Positions 8,415 through 16,859 of a stretch of 39,709 nt of DNA are shown here, one piece after another. Source of the stretch: Desulfobacterales bacterium. Lineage in GTDB: Bacteria; Desulfobacterota; Desulfobacteria; Desulfobacterales; UBA5852. Made by a program: the position numbers and the translations under genes. The stretch is from the NCBI GenBank assembly GCA_050124295.1, contig JASFFM010000002.1:1-39709 (forward strand), written 5' to 3'. Every line of letters starts with the position of its first letter. Position 1 is the first letter of the stretch. The notes under the pieces were generated by a model. That model did not search any database, was not told the origin of the DNA, and saw only the letters and a program-made list of their open reading frames with translations.

Positions 8415-9392
8415 ATGTCGAACATCCGAATAAAACCACTTAGTCGCTGGCTCTGGATCCCCGTGTTCTCATGCATGCGTTGCCCTGCCATTGCCTATGC
8501 AACGGCGTCTGCCGTCAACAGTCCTCCAACACATCCCTGGTGGTTCTGGCCGGTGATCCTTTTCTTTTTTTGCCTGGTGCTGGGCGTTTTGGCGGTAATG
8601 GCTGGCGTCGGCGGTGGCGTCCTGTATGTTCCCCTGGTAAGCGGTTTTTTCCCTTTCCATATCGATATCGTCAGGGGGATCGGATTGATGGTCGCCCTGG
8701 CAGGTGCGCTGGCCGCAGGCCCCGGTTTGCTGCGCCGCAATCTGGCCAATCTCCGGCTGGCGCTCCCGGTAGCCCTTATCGCGTCGGCCTGCTCCATCGT
8801 CGGAGCGCTGCTCGGCTTGTATCTGTCCCGGCTCAATCCCAACATCATTCAGGCCTGCCTGGGGGCGACCATCGTTGGCATCGCCCTTCTGCTGCTGTTT
8901 TCAAAAAATACCGAGAAGCCGGTGGTAAGCAAACAGGATGCCATCGGTCTGGCCTTGGGTCTTCAGGGCGCCTACTGGGATGACGGCGCGCGCGAAATCG
9001 TATCCTGGAAAACCCATCGGACCCTGCCGGGATTATTCATGTTCATTCTGATCGGTCTTCTGGCCGGCATGTTCGGCCTGGGTGCCGGTTGGGCCAATGT
9101 GCCGGTACTGAACCTGCTCATGGGTGTTCCCCTCAAGGTCTCCGTGGCCACCAGCAAATTCCTGCTTTCCATTACCGACACGTCGGCGGCATGGATCTAT
9201 CTCAATCGCGGCTGTGTCATTCCGCTCATCGCCGTGCCGTCCATCGTGGGCCTGATGCTCGGATCGATTTTAGGGGTGCGCATTCTGGCTGTGGCCAAGC
9301 CCAAATTTATCCGCTACATGGTCATCGCCGTGTTGCTATTTGCCGGCTTGAAGGCCTTGGACAAGGGCTTGGGCCTTGGGTTTTTGGGATAG
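8415..9392 (+). CDS. TauE/SafE (TSUP, DUF81) family anion-export-type membrane protein
   Basis: Polytopic protein with MAGVGGGVLYVPL in the first half and an internal repeat GLGAGWANVPVLN in the second. GGAGGA lies 9 nt upstream of the ATG. Confidence 0.8.
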   Translation: MSNIRIKPLSRWLWIPVFSCMRCPAIAYATASAVNSPPTHPWWFWPVILFFFCLVLGVLAVMAGVGGGVLYVPLVSGFFPFHIDIVRGIGLMVALAGALAAGPGLLRRNLANLRLALPVALIASACSIVGALLGLYLSRLNPNIIQACLGATIVGIALLLLFSKNTEKPVVSKQDAIGLALGLQGAYWDDGAREIVSWKTHRTLPGLFMFILIGLLAGMFGLGAGWANVPVLNLLMGVPLKVSVATSKFLLSITDTSAAWIYLNRGCVIPLIAVPSIVGLMLGSILGVRILAVAKPKFIRYMVIAVLLFAGLKALDKGLGLGFLG

Positions 9393-9438
9393 GCAACCCA
9401 TTTGCTGCAACGATCAACACCAAAGGGAGATAACCGCA

Positions 9439-9867
9439 ATGCCACCTATGGATAAACAATCGCTTAAGCCTTCCCGGGAGCAGATCATCTACGCCAATTT
9501 GTTGCTAATGGGCATGGTCGCTGGTATTATCATCATGATCATCACCTACCTGATATATTCAACCGGGATTCTGCCGCCCCATGTAGACATGCAACTGGTT
9601 ACCGCCAACTGGGGCAAAGGTATTCATGAATATTTGGAAATTACCCATTCGCCCCACGGATGGGGTTGGACTGCCCTTTTACTGAAAGGCGATTTCCTGA
9701 ACTACATTGGTTTCACCCTGCTGGGCCTCATGACCATTTTCTGTTATCTCGTTTTGGTCAGAGGCTTTATCCGCAAGAAAGACTGGATTTTTTCCGTCAT
9801 CAGCATTCTGGAAATCGTTGTTCTGTCTCTGGCGGCATCGGGTATTTTCGGAAGCGGCGGGCATTAA
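9439..9867 (+). CDS. Small integral membrane protein (DUF1634-like partner of TSUP transporters; family assignment tentative)
   Basis: ORF 9376..9867. The start is placed at ATG 9439, which has GGGAGA 8 nt upstream. Three to four hydrophobic segments. Confidence 0.55.
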   Translation: MPPMDKQSLKPSREQIIYANLLLMGMVAGIIIMIITYLIYSTGILPPHVDMQLVTANWGKGIHEYLEITHSPHGWGWTALLLKGDFLNYIGFTLLGLMTIFCYLVLVRGFIRKKDWIFSVISILEIVVLSLAASGIFGSGGH

Positions 9868-9920
9868 ACCAAACCCGAAACCCAACCACTCTCCCTTTGG
9901 GCATAAAGGAGTAGGTTAAC

Positions 9921-10727
9921 ATGAGTAAAGAAAAAGTGAATATACTGCTGGTCGATGACAACCCCAAGTTTCTTGCCTCCGCAGCCGAGCGTGCCAAGAT
10001 CAAAGGATTCAACGTATTCGCGGCCGAAAACGGCAAGGCCGCTTTGGCCATCGCCAAAGATACCCCCATCCATGTAGCGGTGGTCGATCAGCAGATGCCG
10101 GACATGGAAGGTCTGGTCGTTATCACCAAACTCAAGGCGATGGTGCCGGACATCCGTACGATTCTGTTGACCGGACACGGCGACGAAAAACTCAAGGAGG
10201 CCACTGAGGCGCTCAATTCGACCTATTTCGACAAGGAAGAGATGGGCCGCTTCTGGGAATTTTTGTCGAATCTGCCGCTGGGCGGCATCAATATCCTGCT
10301 GGTTGACGACAACGAAAAGTTTGTCACTGCCTTGGCTGAGCGCATCCGACTTAAAGGATACGAGCCATTGATCGCGCTGAACGGTCGTGAGGCCCTGGAA
10401 ATTGCCTCCAGCAACAAAATCCAGATGGCCGTAGTCGATCAGAACATGCCGGACATGGACGGTCTCGTGGTCATTACCAAACTAAAGGAACTCGACCCCA
10501 CAACCCAGACGCTGCTCCTCACAGGTCACGGTGATGACAAACTCAGGGAGGCGACCCAGGCACTCAACTCCAAGTACTTCGAAAAAGAAGAGATGAATAA
10601 ATTCTGGAGTTTTATCCGCAGGAATCTCCAACGACTGGAAAAACATATGGCTGCGGCGGGAATGGCTACAGGCGGTGACATCGAGGAAGCGATAGACATT
10701 GAGTCGGGTGGCGAACGCAAACGATAA
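9921..10727 (+). CDS. Double-REC response regulator (two tandem receiver domains, no output domain)
   Basis: Two copies of the pattern ILLVDDN.KF...VVDQ.MPDM[ED]GLVVITKLK...LLTGHGD[ED]KL[KR]EAT.ALNS.YF.KEEM..FW.F. Confidence 0.9.
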   Translation: MSKEKVNILLVDDNPKFLASAAERAKIKGFNVFAAENGKAALAIAKDTPIHVAVVDQQMPDMEGLVVITKLKAMVPDIRTILLTGHGDEKLKEATEALNSTYFDKEEMGRFWEFLSNLPLGGINILLVDDNEKFVTALAERIRLKGYEPLIALNGREALEIASSNKIQMAVVDQNMPDMDGLVVITKLKELDPTTQTLLLTGHGDDKLREATQALNSKYFEKEEMNKFWSFIRRNLQRLEKHMAAAGMATGGDIEEAIDIESGGERKR

Positions 10728-10937
10728 ACGGCGGAACATATACCGCGGCCGTAACCAATATGAATAGAATGTTGTTCGCCGTTTGCCTTATGGTATCGGT
10801 TGCCCAGACCATAGAGAAAGGTGCCCTGTTTTGCACAAGCGCACCAGAATTAGTCATTCCACTACCGGGACAGCTGATGATGGCCGGCAAGGTATCTTTA
10901 ACCATTGCATTGATAAAAAACAGGAAACAAACCGGAA

Positions 10938-12419
10938 ATGACGACCCAACCAAAACAGGTGCTTCTTGTCGATGACGAGGAAAAATTGCTCAGGTCCATC
11001 GCCCAGCGAATGAAAATCCTGGGGTTTGCGCCCCACACGGCAACGAACGGGATGGCGGCGCTTGAAATTGCCAAAAAACGTCCTATCGATCTGGCAATCG
11101 TCGATCTTCAGATGCCCGACATGGACGGCTTGGTGGTCATCACCAAACTCAAGGAAATTGATCCCCAATTGCGAACCGTTTTGTTGACCGGACATGGCAA
11201 TGAAAAGGTTAAACAGGCCACCGAATCACTCAATTCGCTGTATTTCCAAAAGGAGGAGATGGGTGATTTCTGGCATTTCATCAAACAACTCAATGCCGAT
11301 GGCCAAGTAGTGGTCATCCATCCCGCATCTACGCCGCCATCGGGCAAGAGCATACCGGTCAGCATCTCAGCATCGAACCGAACCGTTGGTTCCCGGCGCA
11401 AAGGGGAACACACCAGTATGAATGAACCCGCCATCGGTTCCCAAAAGGCCGCGCGTCACCCGGACAATATGGACCGTTTGCGGATTGTCGGCGAGACGGT
11501 TGCCATGCAGGAGTTGCGCAAAGCAATCGCTCGGGCAGCGTCCCTGGATTGTATCATTACCCTAAAGGGAGAACCGGGCAGTGGCAAGGAACTGGTGGCC
11601 CGGGCCATACATAATAGCAGTCGGCGTGCTCACAAGCGCTTTTTGGCAATCGACTGTGCTAATTTCAGCAACGCCAAATTGTCCGAACAGCTTCTCGGGT
11701 TTACGGGCGGCAAGCTTTATGAGGCCATCCGAACACGTTCGGGAATATTCGGGTCAGATCCTGTAGGAACGCTTCTCATCGATAATGTAGACACCATGCC
11801 CATCCATATGCAGGACCAACTCCTGAACGCGCTGACCATGACCGAAAGACGGGATGACAATAGGCCGAGCGATTACGGACTGAATATCCGTCTTATTGCC
11901 GCCTCGGAAACCGATCTGGCCAATAAAGTCAAGGCGGATCAGTTCAAGCAGGAGCTTTACGACCGCCTGAGCGTATTCGAACTGACCATTCCCCCGTTAA
12001 GGGAACGCAGGGATGACATCCCCCCGCTCTGCCGGTACTTTTTTGACAAGTACCGAAAGGAACTGAGCAAATCGGTTGATTCGATTGCACCGGAAGTCGT
12101 CGAGATGCTGGTCGACTATAACTTTCCGGGAAATGTACGGGAGCTCGAACATATCATTGAACGCGCTGTGATCATTGCCGATGGTAAAACGGTGATGCGC
12201 CAGCACCTGCCAGCGCGCTTTCTCGAAGAAAAAAAGCCGACGCGATTGTTGAAAGGCGACCTATTCACAACCTTGGCTGAGGTTGAAAAACGTCACATCT
12301 TCGAAATCCTCGATGCCACGCATGGCAACAAGTCCAAAACAGCAGAAATCTTGGGAATCAGCCGTGCGGCATTGTGGCGCAAATTAAAAAAATTTAAAGG
12401 CGAGGCGTTCGGACGATGA
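10938..12419 (+). CDS. NtrC-family (REC / AAA+ sigma-54-interaction-like / Fis-type HTH) regulator with degenerate GAFTGA, Walker B and R-finger motifs
   Basis: The REC domain is of the same subtype as the upstream gene. Walker A GEPGSGKE is present. LLGFTGGKLYEA occupies the place of LFGHEKGAFTGA, LLIDNV the place of LFLDEI, and FKQELYDRLSV the place of FREDLYYRLNV. The C-terminal HTH is SKTAEILGISRAALWRKLKK. Confidence 0.9.
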   Translation: MTTQPKQVLLVDDEEKLLRSIAQRMKILGFAPHTATNGMAALEIAKKRPIDLAIVDLQMPDMDGLVVITKLKEIDPQLRTVLLTGHGNEKVKQATESLNSLYFQKEEMGDFWHFIKQLNADGQVVVIHPASTPPSGKSIPVSISASNRTVGSRRKGEHTSMNEPAIGSQKAARHPDNMDRLRIVGETVAMQELRKAIARAASLDCIITLKGEPGSGKELVARAIHNSSRRAHKRFLAIDCANFSNAKLSEQLLGFTGGKLYEAIRTRSGIFGSDPVGTLLIDNVDTMPIHMQDQLLNALTMTERRDDNRPSDYGLNIRLIAASETDLANKVKADQFKQELYDRLSVFELTIPPLRERRDDIPPLCRYFFDKYRKELSKSVDSIAPEVVEMLVDYNFPGNVRELEHIIERAVIIADGKTVMRQHLPARFLEEKKPTRLLKGDLFTTLAEVEKRHIFEILDATHGNKSKTAEILGISRAALWRKLKKFKGEAFGR

Positions 12420-12606
12420 ACCCGTTGTTTAAATTTTTTTTTCTGAAAAGCTGGCGGTCAAGGCAATCACGATGGTGTTCCTCGCCCCTCCTTGTACGTA
12501 AACAATGTTGAGGGATGATTCTTTTCTCTATTGGCCAACAATCAGGGAACGGCTGTCAGTCCTTATCATTGGGCCAGTCTCTGAATTAATTCAGCGGCCA
12601 AACCCA

Positions 12607-12857
12607 GATATGTCACGCGTTGGAGGCCTCCCGAGCAGGTCCTGCCGAAGCCCCGCGGTAGGCATGCGACCGCAAGCGCCTGATAACGCATGAAATGGAT
12701 GCCGCGGGCTTGCCCGCCGGGTGAAAAGGGTGTGCGCTGCGTTCTGCAATTCGCGGGTCACCAAGGGTTACCAGACAAATTCGATGCAACCTTCCGTTAA
12801 GACACGGAGCAACTTCGCCCAAACAAGTGGGCATCAATATTTAGATGAAAAGTTCGG
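12607..12857. repeat. Copy A of an unassigned, hairpin-rich non-coding element of about 250 nt (candidate structured RNA)
   Basis: Collinear with 18922-19173 in the same orientation. Exact shared blocks are CCGCGGTA, CGACCGCAAGCG, GGCTTGCCCGC, GGGTGAA, AACCTTCCGT, CCCAAACAA and GTTCGG. Stops occur in all frames, and indels between blocks are not multiples of 3. Confidence 0.6.
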
Positions 12858-13152
12858 ACTAAATTCTTTCAATAAGAGATACGCAAACAAATATGGTTTT
12901 GGGTTTAAAAAAATTTTGCCTTAGATGGGGTGCCAGAAAAGCAATTAAAGCTGTCCTTGTGATACGTTGAGACGATCCCAAAATGTTCGCGTTAGGCAAA
13001 ATTCCAGCTTGACAGTATAAGACCTTTAATAGTTCAATTTAAGCCTGAGAGCATTGGCAGCAAGCATAAGCAAGACGGGTTTACCAATATCTTGGCGTTA
13101 TGTGACGACTTTATCCAAGATTTGGATACCCGTCATCGTGATTTGAGAAGAT

Positions 13153-13395
13153 TCAAAATTGCTGTTCTATCTTTTCCAATGCATCAAGGTCCCACTGTAA
13201 ATCCATCGCCAGAAACAATTCTTTCGCCTTTTCAAGATATTCTTCAACGCCTATGCCATTTAACGCTTTATACTTGCTCTTATCTTCAAGAAAACGTTTA
13301 CCGATTTCCATATAGGTTCGCGCAAGATCGGGACGGGCCGCCACGCGCTTACTTTCGGTGATGGCCTTTAGCCAGAATTTCACGGCTTTTTTTTT
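13153..13395 (-). CDS. Displaced C-terminal segment (about 76 codons, TPR-like helices) of the cyclase-STAND gene, in a different frame after an A9 run
   Basis: After the A9 run (T9 on the plus strand, 13387-13395) the alternative frame reads KAVKFWLKAITESKRVAARPDLARTYMEIGKRFLE...EEYLEKAKELFLAMDLQWDLDALEKIEQQF*, a natural continuation of the helical repeats. A hairpin at 13103-13135 follows its stop. Confidence 0.6.
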   Translation of the reverse strand, partial: KKKAVKFWLKAITESKRVAARPDLARTYMEIGKRFLEDKSKYKALNGIGVEEYLEKAKELFLAMDLQWDLDALEKIEQQF

Positions 13396-16300
13396 GCTTG
13401 TTGTTTAGCCAATAGAACGTACCCGTTAATCTGAAAATGGCTGAACGCAAGGCCGCATATTTTTTAGAATTATTGAGTATGCTCTTGCAGCTTTTGAATG
13501 CCTGTTGCCTGTATTGGGCAAAATGTGAGTTGTTGTTGGTAAGATATGATGCTTCTAACAGGGCAATATCATATGAAAACCTTGCGAAAAGATACGGCAA
13601 GGCATAAATGGGGGGAACGATCCCTTGTCGTTTATAGTATTCCTCTAATCGTTGCAGGGATTCTTCAGCTCCCGTTAAATCTTGGAGTAAAATTTGAATT
13701 TGCGCTTTATAACCAAGGGAAGCGAGTCTGAGCGGATCCGAGTCGATTTTATTGGCGACCGAAATATATTCCTCGGCCGATTTTAGCGCTTGGTAGAGCC
13801 TTCTGCATTGAATAAGGTACTGCGTTTCGCGGGCTAGTTTGTGAGCTCTGGCTGGTTCATATTCATAGCTATCGGCTATGTTGGCGAGTTTTTCAATTAA
13901 CGGGTATGCCGTCTTGAATTCGCCCTGTTCCAGTTTTACGATACAGTGAAATATATTATAGGTTATGACTTCCCAGAGATTGCCGAGTTTTAAATTCTCT
14001 TCTAACAAAATGTCGTCATACTCTTGAAAATAGTCCCAATTCCCGGATGAGCAGTTATGTATCGATTTACATACATTCAGGAACAAAAGCTCTTTCAAAT
14101 CCTTTTTATTGATACCGTTTTCAGCATGCGCCAGAAACCGATCGCTGATCCCAAATGATATGCCGGAGTATGAAAAAAAAGCACTACCCGTTAGAAGTAA
14201 AATGAACCCATGTTCAACCAGGCGCAAATCGAACCCCAAACTTTCTTTGATTAACCCAATGACATCGGCAAATTGTCGCTTGGGATCTATAATACTCAAA
14301 AGCTTGACCTTTCTAAAGCTTAGGTCAAAAATTTCATTGTCGCGACTGGTGGGTGTCTTCTTTATTTTTTTGGACGGGATATATAATTGCGGAATAACTT
14401 TAAGTAAATTGAATACAAGCTTTATTTGCACAAGCAGTTTGTTTTGTGGAGAATTTATTCCCCAACGGCTCAATACAATATCGAAATATATAAGAGCATC
14501 TTCATCACCTTTATTGTAAAGCGCGATAGCAATGTTTTTTTCGATTAGAGCAATTTTTTCAGGATCAGCCTTTTTGCCATATATATTTTGATATAAAGCC
14601 AGAGCCTCTTTATAGTAATTTAAGGCCTCACGTGATGCCGAAGATCGTAAAGCTTCTTCACCAGCCTTGATCATGTACTCTTCGGCTTTAGCGAAATCTT
14701 CCCCTTTACTATAGTGATAAGCGAGCATGCCATAGAACTCATGCAATTTATCTTTGAATACCTTCTCGATGGAATTGGCGACTTGAAGATGTATTTCTTT
14801 GCGGCTTTGCACCAGAATCGATTCATAGGCAACTTCTTGGGCAAGGGCATGCTTAAACAGATATTCTAATTCCTCCATTCTCCGACGGTCTCTAATGAGT
14901 TGAATATTTTTTAAATAGGACAGTCGGCTGTCGATATCTTCGATCGTCCCCCCAACCTCTGTTAGAACCTTATAAAAAAAACTCCGTCCGATGACAGAAG
15001 CAAACTTGACCAGGTTGCGGGTTATCTCATCTAATCGGTCGATCCTGGCCATGAGCACGTCATTAATGGTGTGGGGAATATCCATGGCGTTGATTTTGGC
15101 GGCCACTTCAAATGTGCCCTCTTTGGCAACAACCGCCCCCTCGTCGATCAATGAGCGCACTACCTCTTCAATAAAGAAGGGGTTGCCGCCTGACCGTTCA
15201 ACGATTCGATTGACGACCGACAACTGAAGGCCCCTAATATTGAGCATGTTGCTGACCAGGATTTCACTCATGCGCACATCCAACGGCTTTAGTGCAATCT
15301 CGACATAATAAACAGCAAGATTTTCCTTGATGGTCTTAATAATCCGGTCGCCGGTTTTTTGGTGCCCCGGTCGAAAGACATTTACAAAAAGAACGCGATG
15401 CCCCTCGGCCAGGCGCATCAACGACTCCAAAAGTTCAATCGAGCTCATATCCGCCCAGTGAAGATCTTCCGTTACAATCACCAGCGGGTTTAGCTCGGTC
15501 GCCATGATTAATAGATCACGCACATTTTTAAGGATAAGCCTCTCCAGCGCTTCGCCTTCAATGCCTTCCACTCTTTGTGCATATCGGCCAGGTAGCTTCA
15601 TTCTCATAAGGGTGGCTACAAAGGGCAATACCTCATGCAGATCCTCCGCGCATACGCGCCTTACAGCTGTCTCCAGCTTGATAAGCGCCGTCGCCTCGCT
15701 GTCATCCTCTCTGATTTTGGCCCACTGCTTTAAAAGATCAATAACGGGATGGAAGCTTAAATTCCGGCCCATTGACATGGCCCTTCCCTCAAGGAGGGTG
15801 ATGCGATCCATTATCTCCCTGTTTTTTAATTCGGCCACCAGGCGCGACTTTCCGATACCGGCCTCACCAATGATGTTAACAACGGAACCTTCACCGTTAA
15901 TGGTCTTTAAAACTTGAATTTCTAATAGGTTGAGTTCTTTTTCCCGACCCACCATCTCGGAAAAGATCTGCCTGTCTAAACCCGATTTGAGTCGCTCGAT
16001 AGCATCGCCGAGCTCATAAACTTCTAAGGGTTCTTCCTTACCTTTAACCTTCACCTTGCCTAACGACCTGTATTTAAAATACACGCTGGTCTGTTTGTAG
16101 GTGTTTTTGGAGACCAGAACCGTTCCCGGATGAGCATTGCTTTCCATTCTGGCGGCGATGTTCACCGTGAACCCCGTGGCCGTATAATCGGCCCTCAGGT
16201 CATCTCCAATGGAGCCGATCACCACAGGGCCGGTATTGAGACCAGCTCGCAACCGAAAGTCTACTCCATACAAACGCTTGACCTCTTGACTATACGTATT

Positions 16301-16732
16301 CATGCTGTTGCGAATAGCGATTGCTGCGTGGCAGGCCCGTAGTGCATGATCTTCATGGGCCACCGGCGCACCAAACAGCGCCATCACCCCGTCGCCGGTG
16401 AATTGGTTAATCGTACCCCCATAGGCATGGATTTCATCCATCAAGATCCTGAAGGCGCCGTCCATAATCCGGTGGACTTGCTCGGGATCCAACTTGTCGG
16501 ACATTGAGGTAAACCCCGCCACATCCGCAAAAAACACGGTCACCTGCTTACGCTCGCCTTCGATGGCGCTTTTATGGATCAGGATTTTTTCAGTTAAGAA
16601 CTTAGGCGTATAGGGGTGCAGATGAGTCAGCTTTTGGGAAGTCGTGCCAGTTTCTTTTTTCAGATCACGACCGCATTCATGGCAGTATCTGGCCACATCC
16701 GGATTATCCGTTTGACACTTTAAACATTTCAT
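13349..16732 (-). CDS. Zinc-ribbon / class III adenylate-guanylate cyclase / STAND (AAA_16-type) NTPase / TPR multidomain protein; reading frame broken near the 3' end
   Basis: N-terminus CLKCQ...CHECG. Cyclase motifs are VTVFFADVAGFT, FTGDGVMALFG and TVNIAARME. The P-loop is IIGEAGIGKSRL. A long helical-repeat C-terminus follows. The ORF stops 10 codons after the A9 run. Confidence 0.9.
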   Translation of the reverse strand: MKCLKCQTDNPDVARYCHECGRDLKKETGTTSQKLTHLHPYTPKFLTEKILIHKSAIEGERKQVTVFFADVAGFTSMSDKLDPEQVHRIMDGAFRILMDEIHAYGGTINQFTGDGVMALFGAPVAHEDHALRACHAAIAIRNSMNTYSQEVKRLYGVDFRLRAGLNTGPVVIGSIGDDLRADYTATGFTVNIAARMESNAHPGTVLVSKNTYKQTSVYFKYRSLGKVKVKGKEEPLEVYELGDAIERLKSGLDRQIFSEMVGREKELNLLEIQVLKTINGEGSVVNIIGEAGIGKSRLVAELKNREIMDRITLLEGRAMSMGRNLSFHPVIDLLKQWAKIREDDSEATALIKLETAVRRVCAEDLHEVLPFVATLMRMKLPGRYAQRVEGIEGEALERLILKNVRDLLIMATELNPLVIVTEDLHWADMSSIELLESLMRLAEGHRVLFVNVFRPGHQKTGDRIIKTIKENLAVYYVEIALKPLDVRMSEILVSNMLNIRGLQLSVVNRIVERSGGNPFFIEEVVRSLIDEGAVVAKEGTFEVAAKINAMDIPHTINDVLMARIDRLDEITRNLVKFASVIGRSFFYKVLTEVGGTIEDIDSRLSYLKNIQLIRDRRRMEELEYLFKHALAQEVAYESILVQSRKEIHLQVANSIEKVFKDKLHEFYGMLAYHYSKGEDFAKAEEYMIKAGEEALRSSASREALNYYKEALALYQNIYGKKADPEKIALIEKNIAIALYNKGDEDALIYFDIVLSRWGINSPQNKLLVQIKLVFNLLKVIPQLYIPSKKIKKTPTSRDNEIFDLSFRKVKLLSIIDPKRQFADVIGLIKESLGFDLRLVEHGFILLLTGSAFFSYSGISFGISDRFLAHAENGINKKDLKELLFLNVCKSIHNCSSGNWDYFQEYDDILLEENLKLGNLWEVITYNIFHCIVKLEQGEFKTAYPLIEKLANIADSYEYEPARAHKLARETQYLIQCRRLYQALKSAEEYISVANKIDSDPLRLASLGYKAQIQILLQDLTGAEESLQRLEEYYKRQGIVPPIYALPYLFARFSYDIALLEASYLTNNNSHFAQYRQQAFKSCKSILNNSKKYAALRSAIFRLTGTFYWLNNKQKKSREILAKGHHRK

Positions 16733-16859
16733 TTTGGGAGCCTATGAAAAGTAAGTGATCAGGCCTTAAAAAAAGACGATATAGTCGGTCGATCAGTCTA
16801 TCATCAAGCAGCCAGCACGGAAAGGCATCTCAAATATGAGCTCAGAGACAAAAATGATA

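Noticed and set aside
8471-9433. Alternative-frame ORFs across the TauE/SafE gene (8471..8983 +, 8495..8848 -, 9089..9433 +).
   Set aside because: They overlap a polytopic membrane protein with the diagnostic GVGGGxxxVP repeat, and their translations are Arg/Gly/Pro-rich noise.
12385-12445. An A/T-only inverted repeat (AAAAAATTTAAA ... TTTAAATTTTTT) spanning the stop of the NtrC-like gene, considered as a terminator.
   Set aside because: The stem is entirely A-T with a loop of about 33 nt that includes the stop codon. It would be thermodynamically weak and is not a canonical intrinsic terminator.
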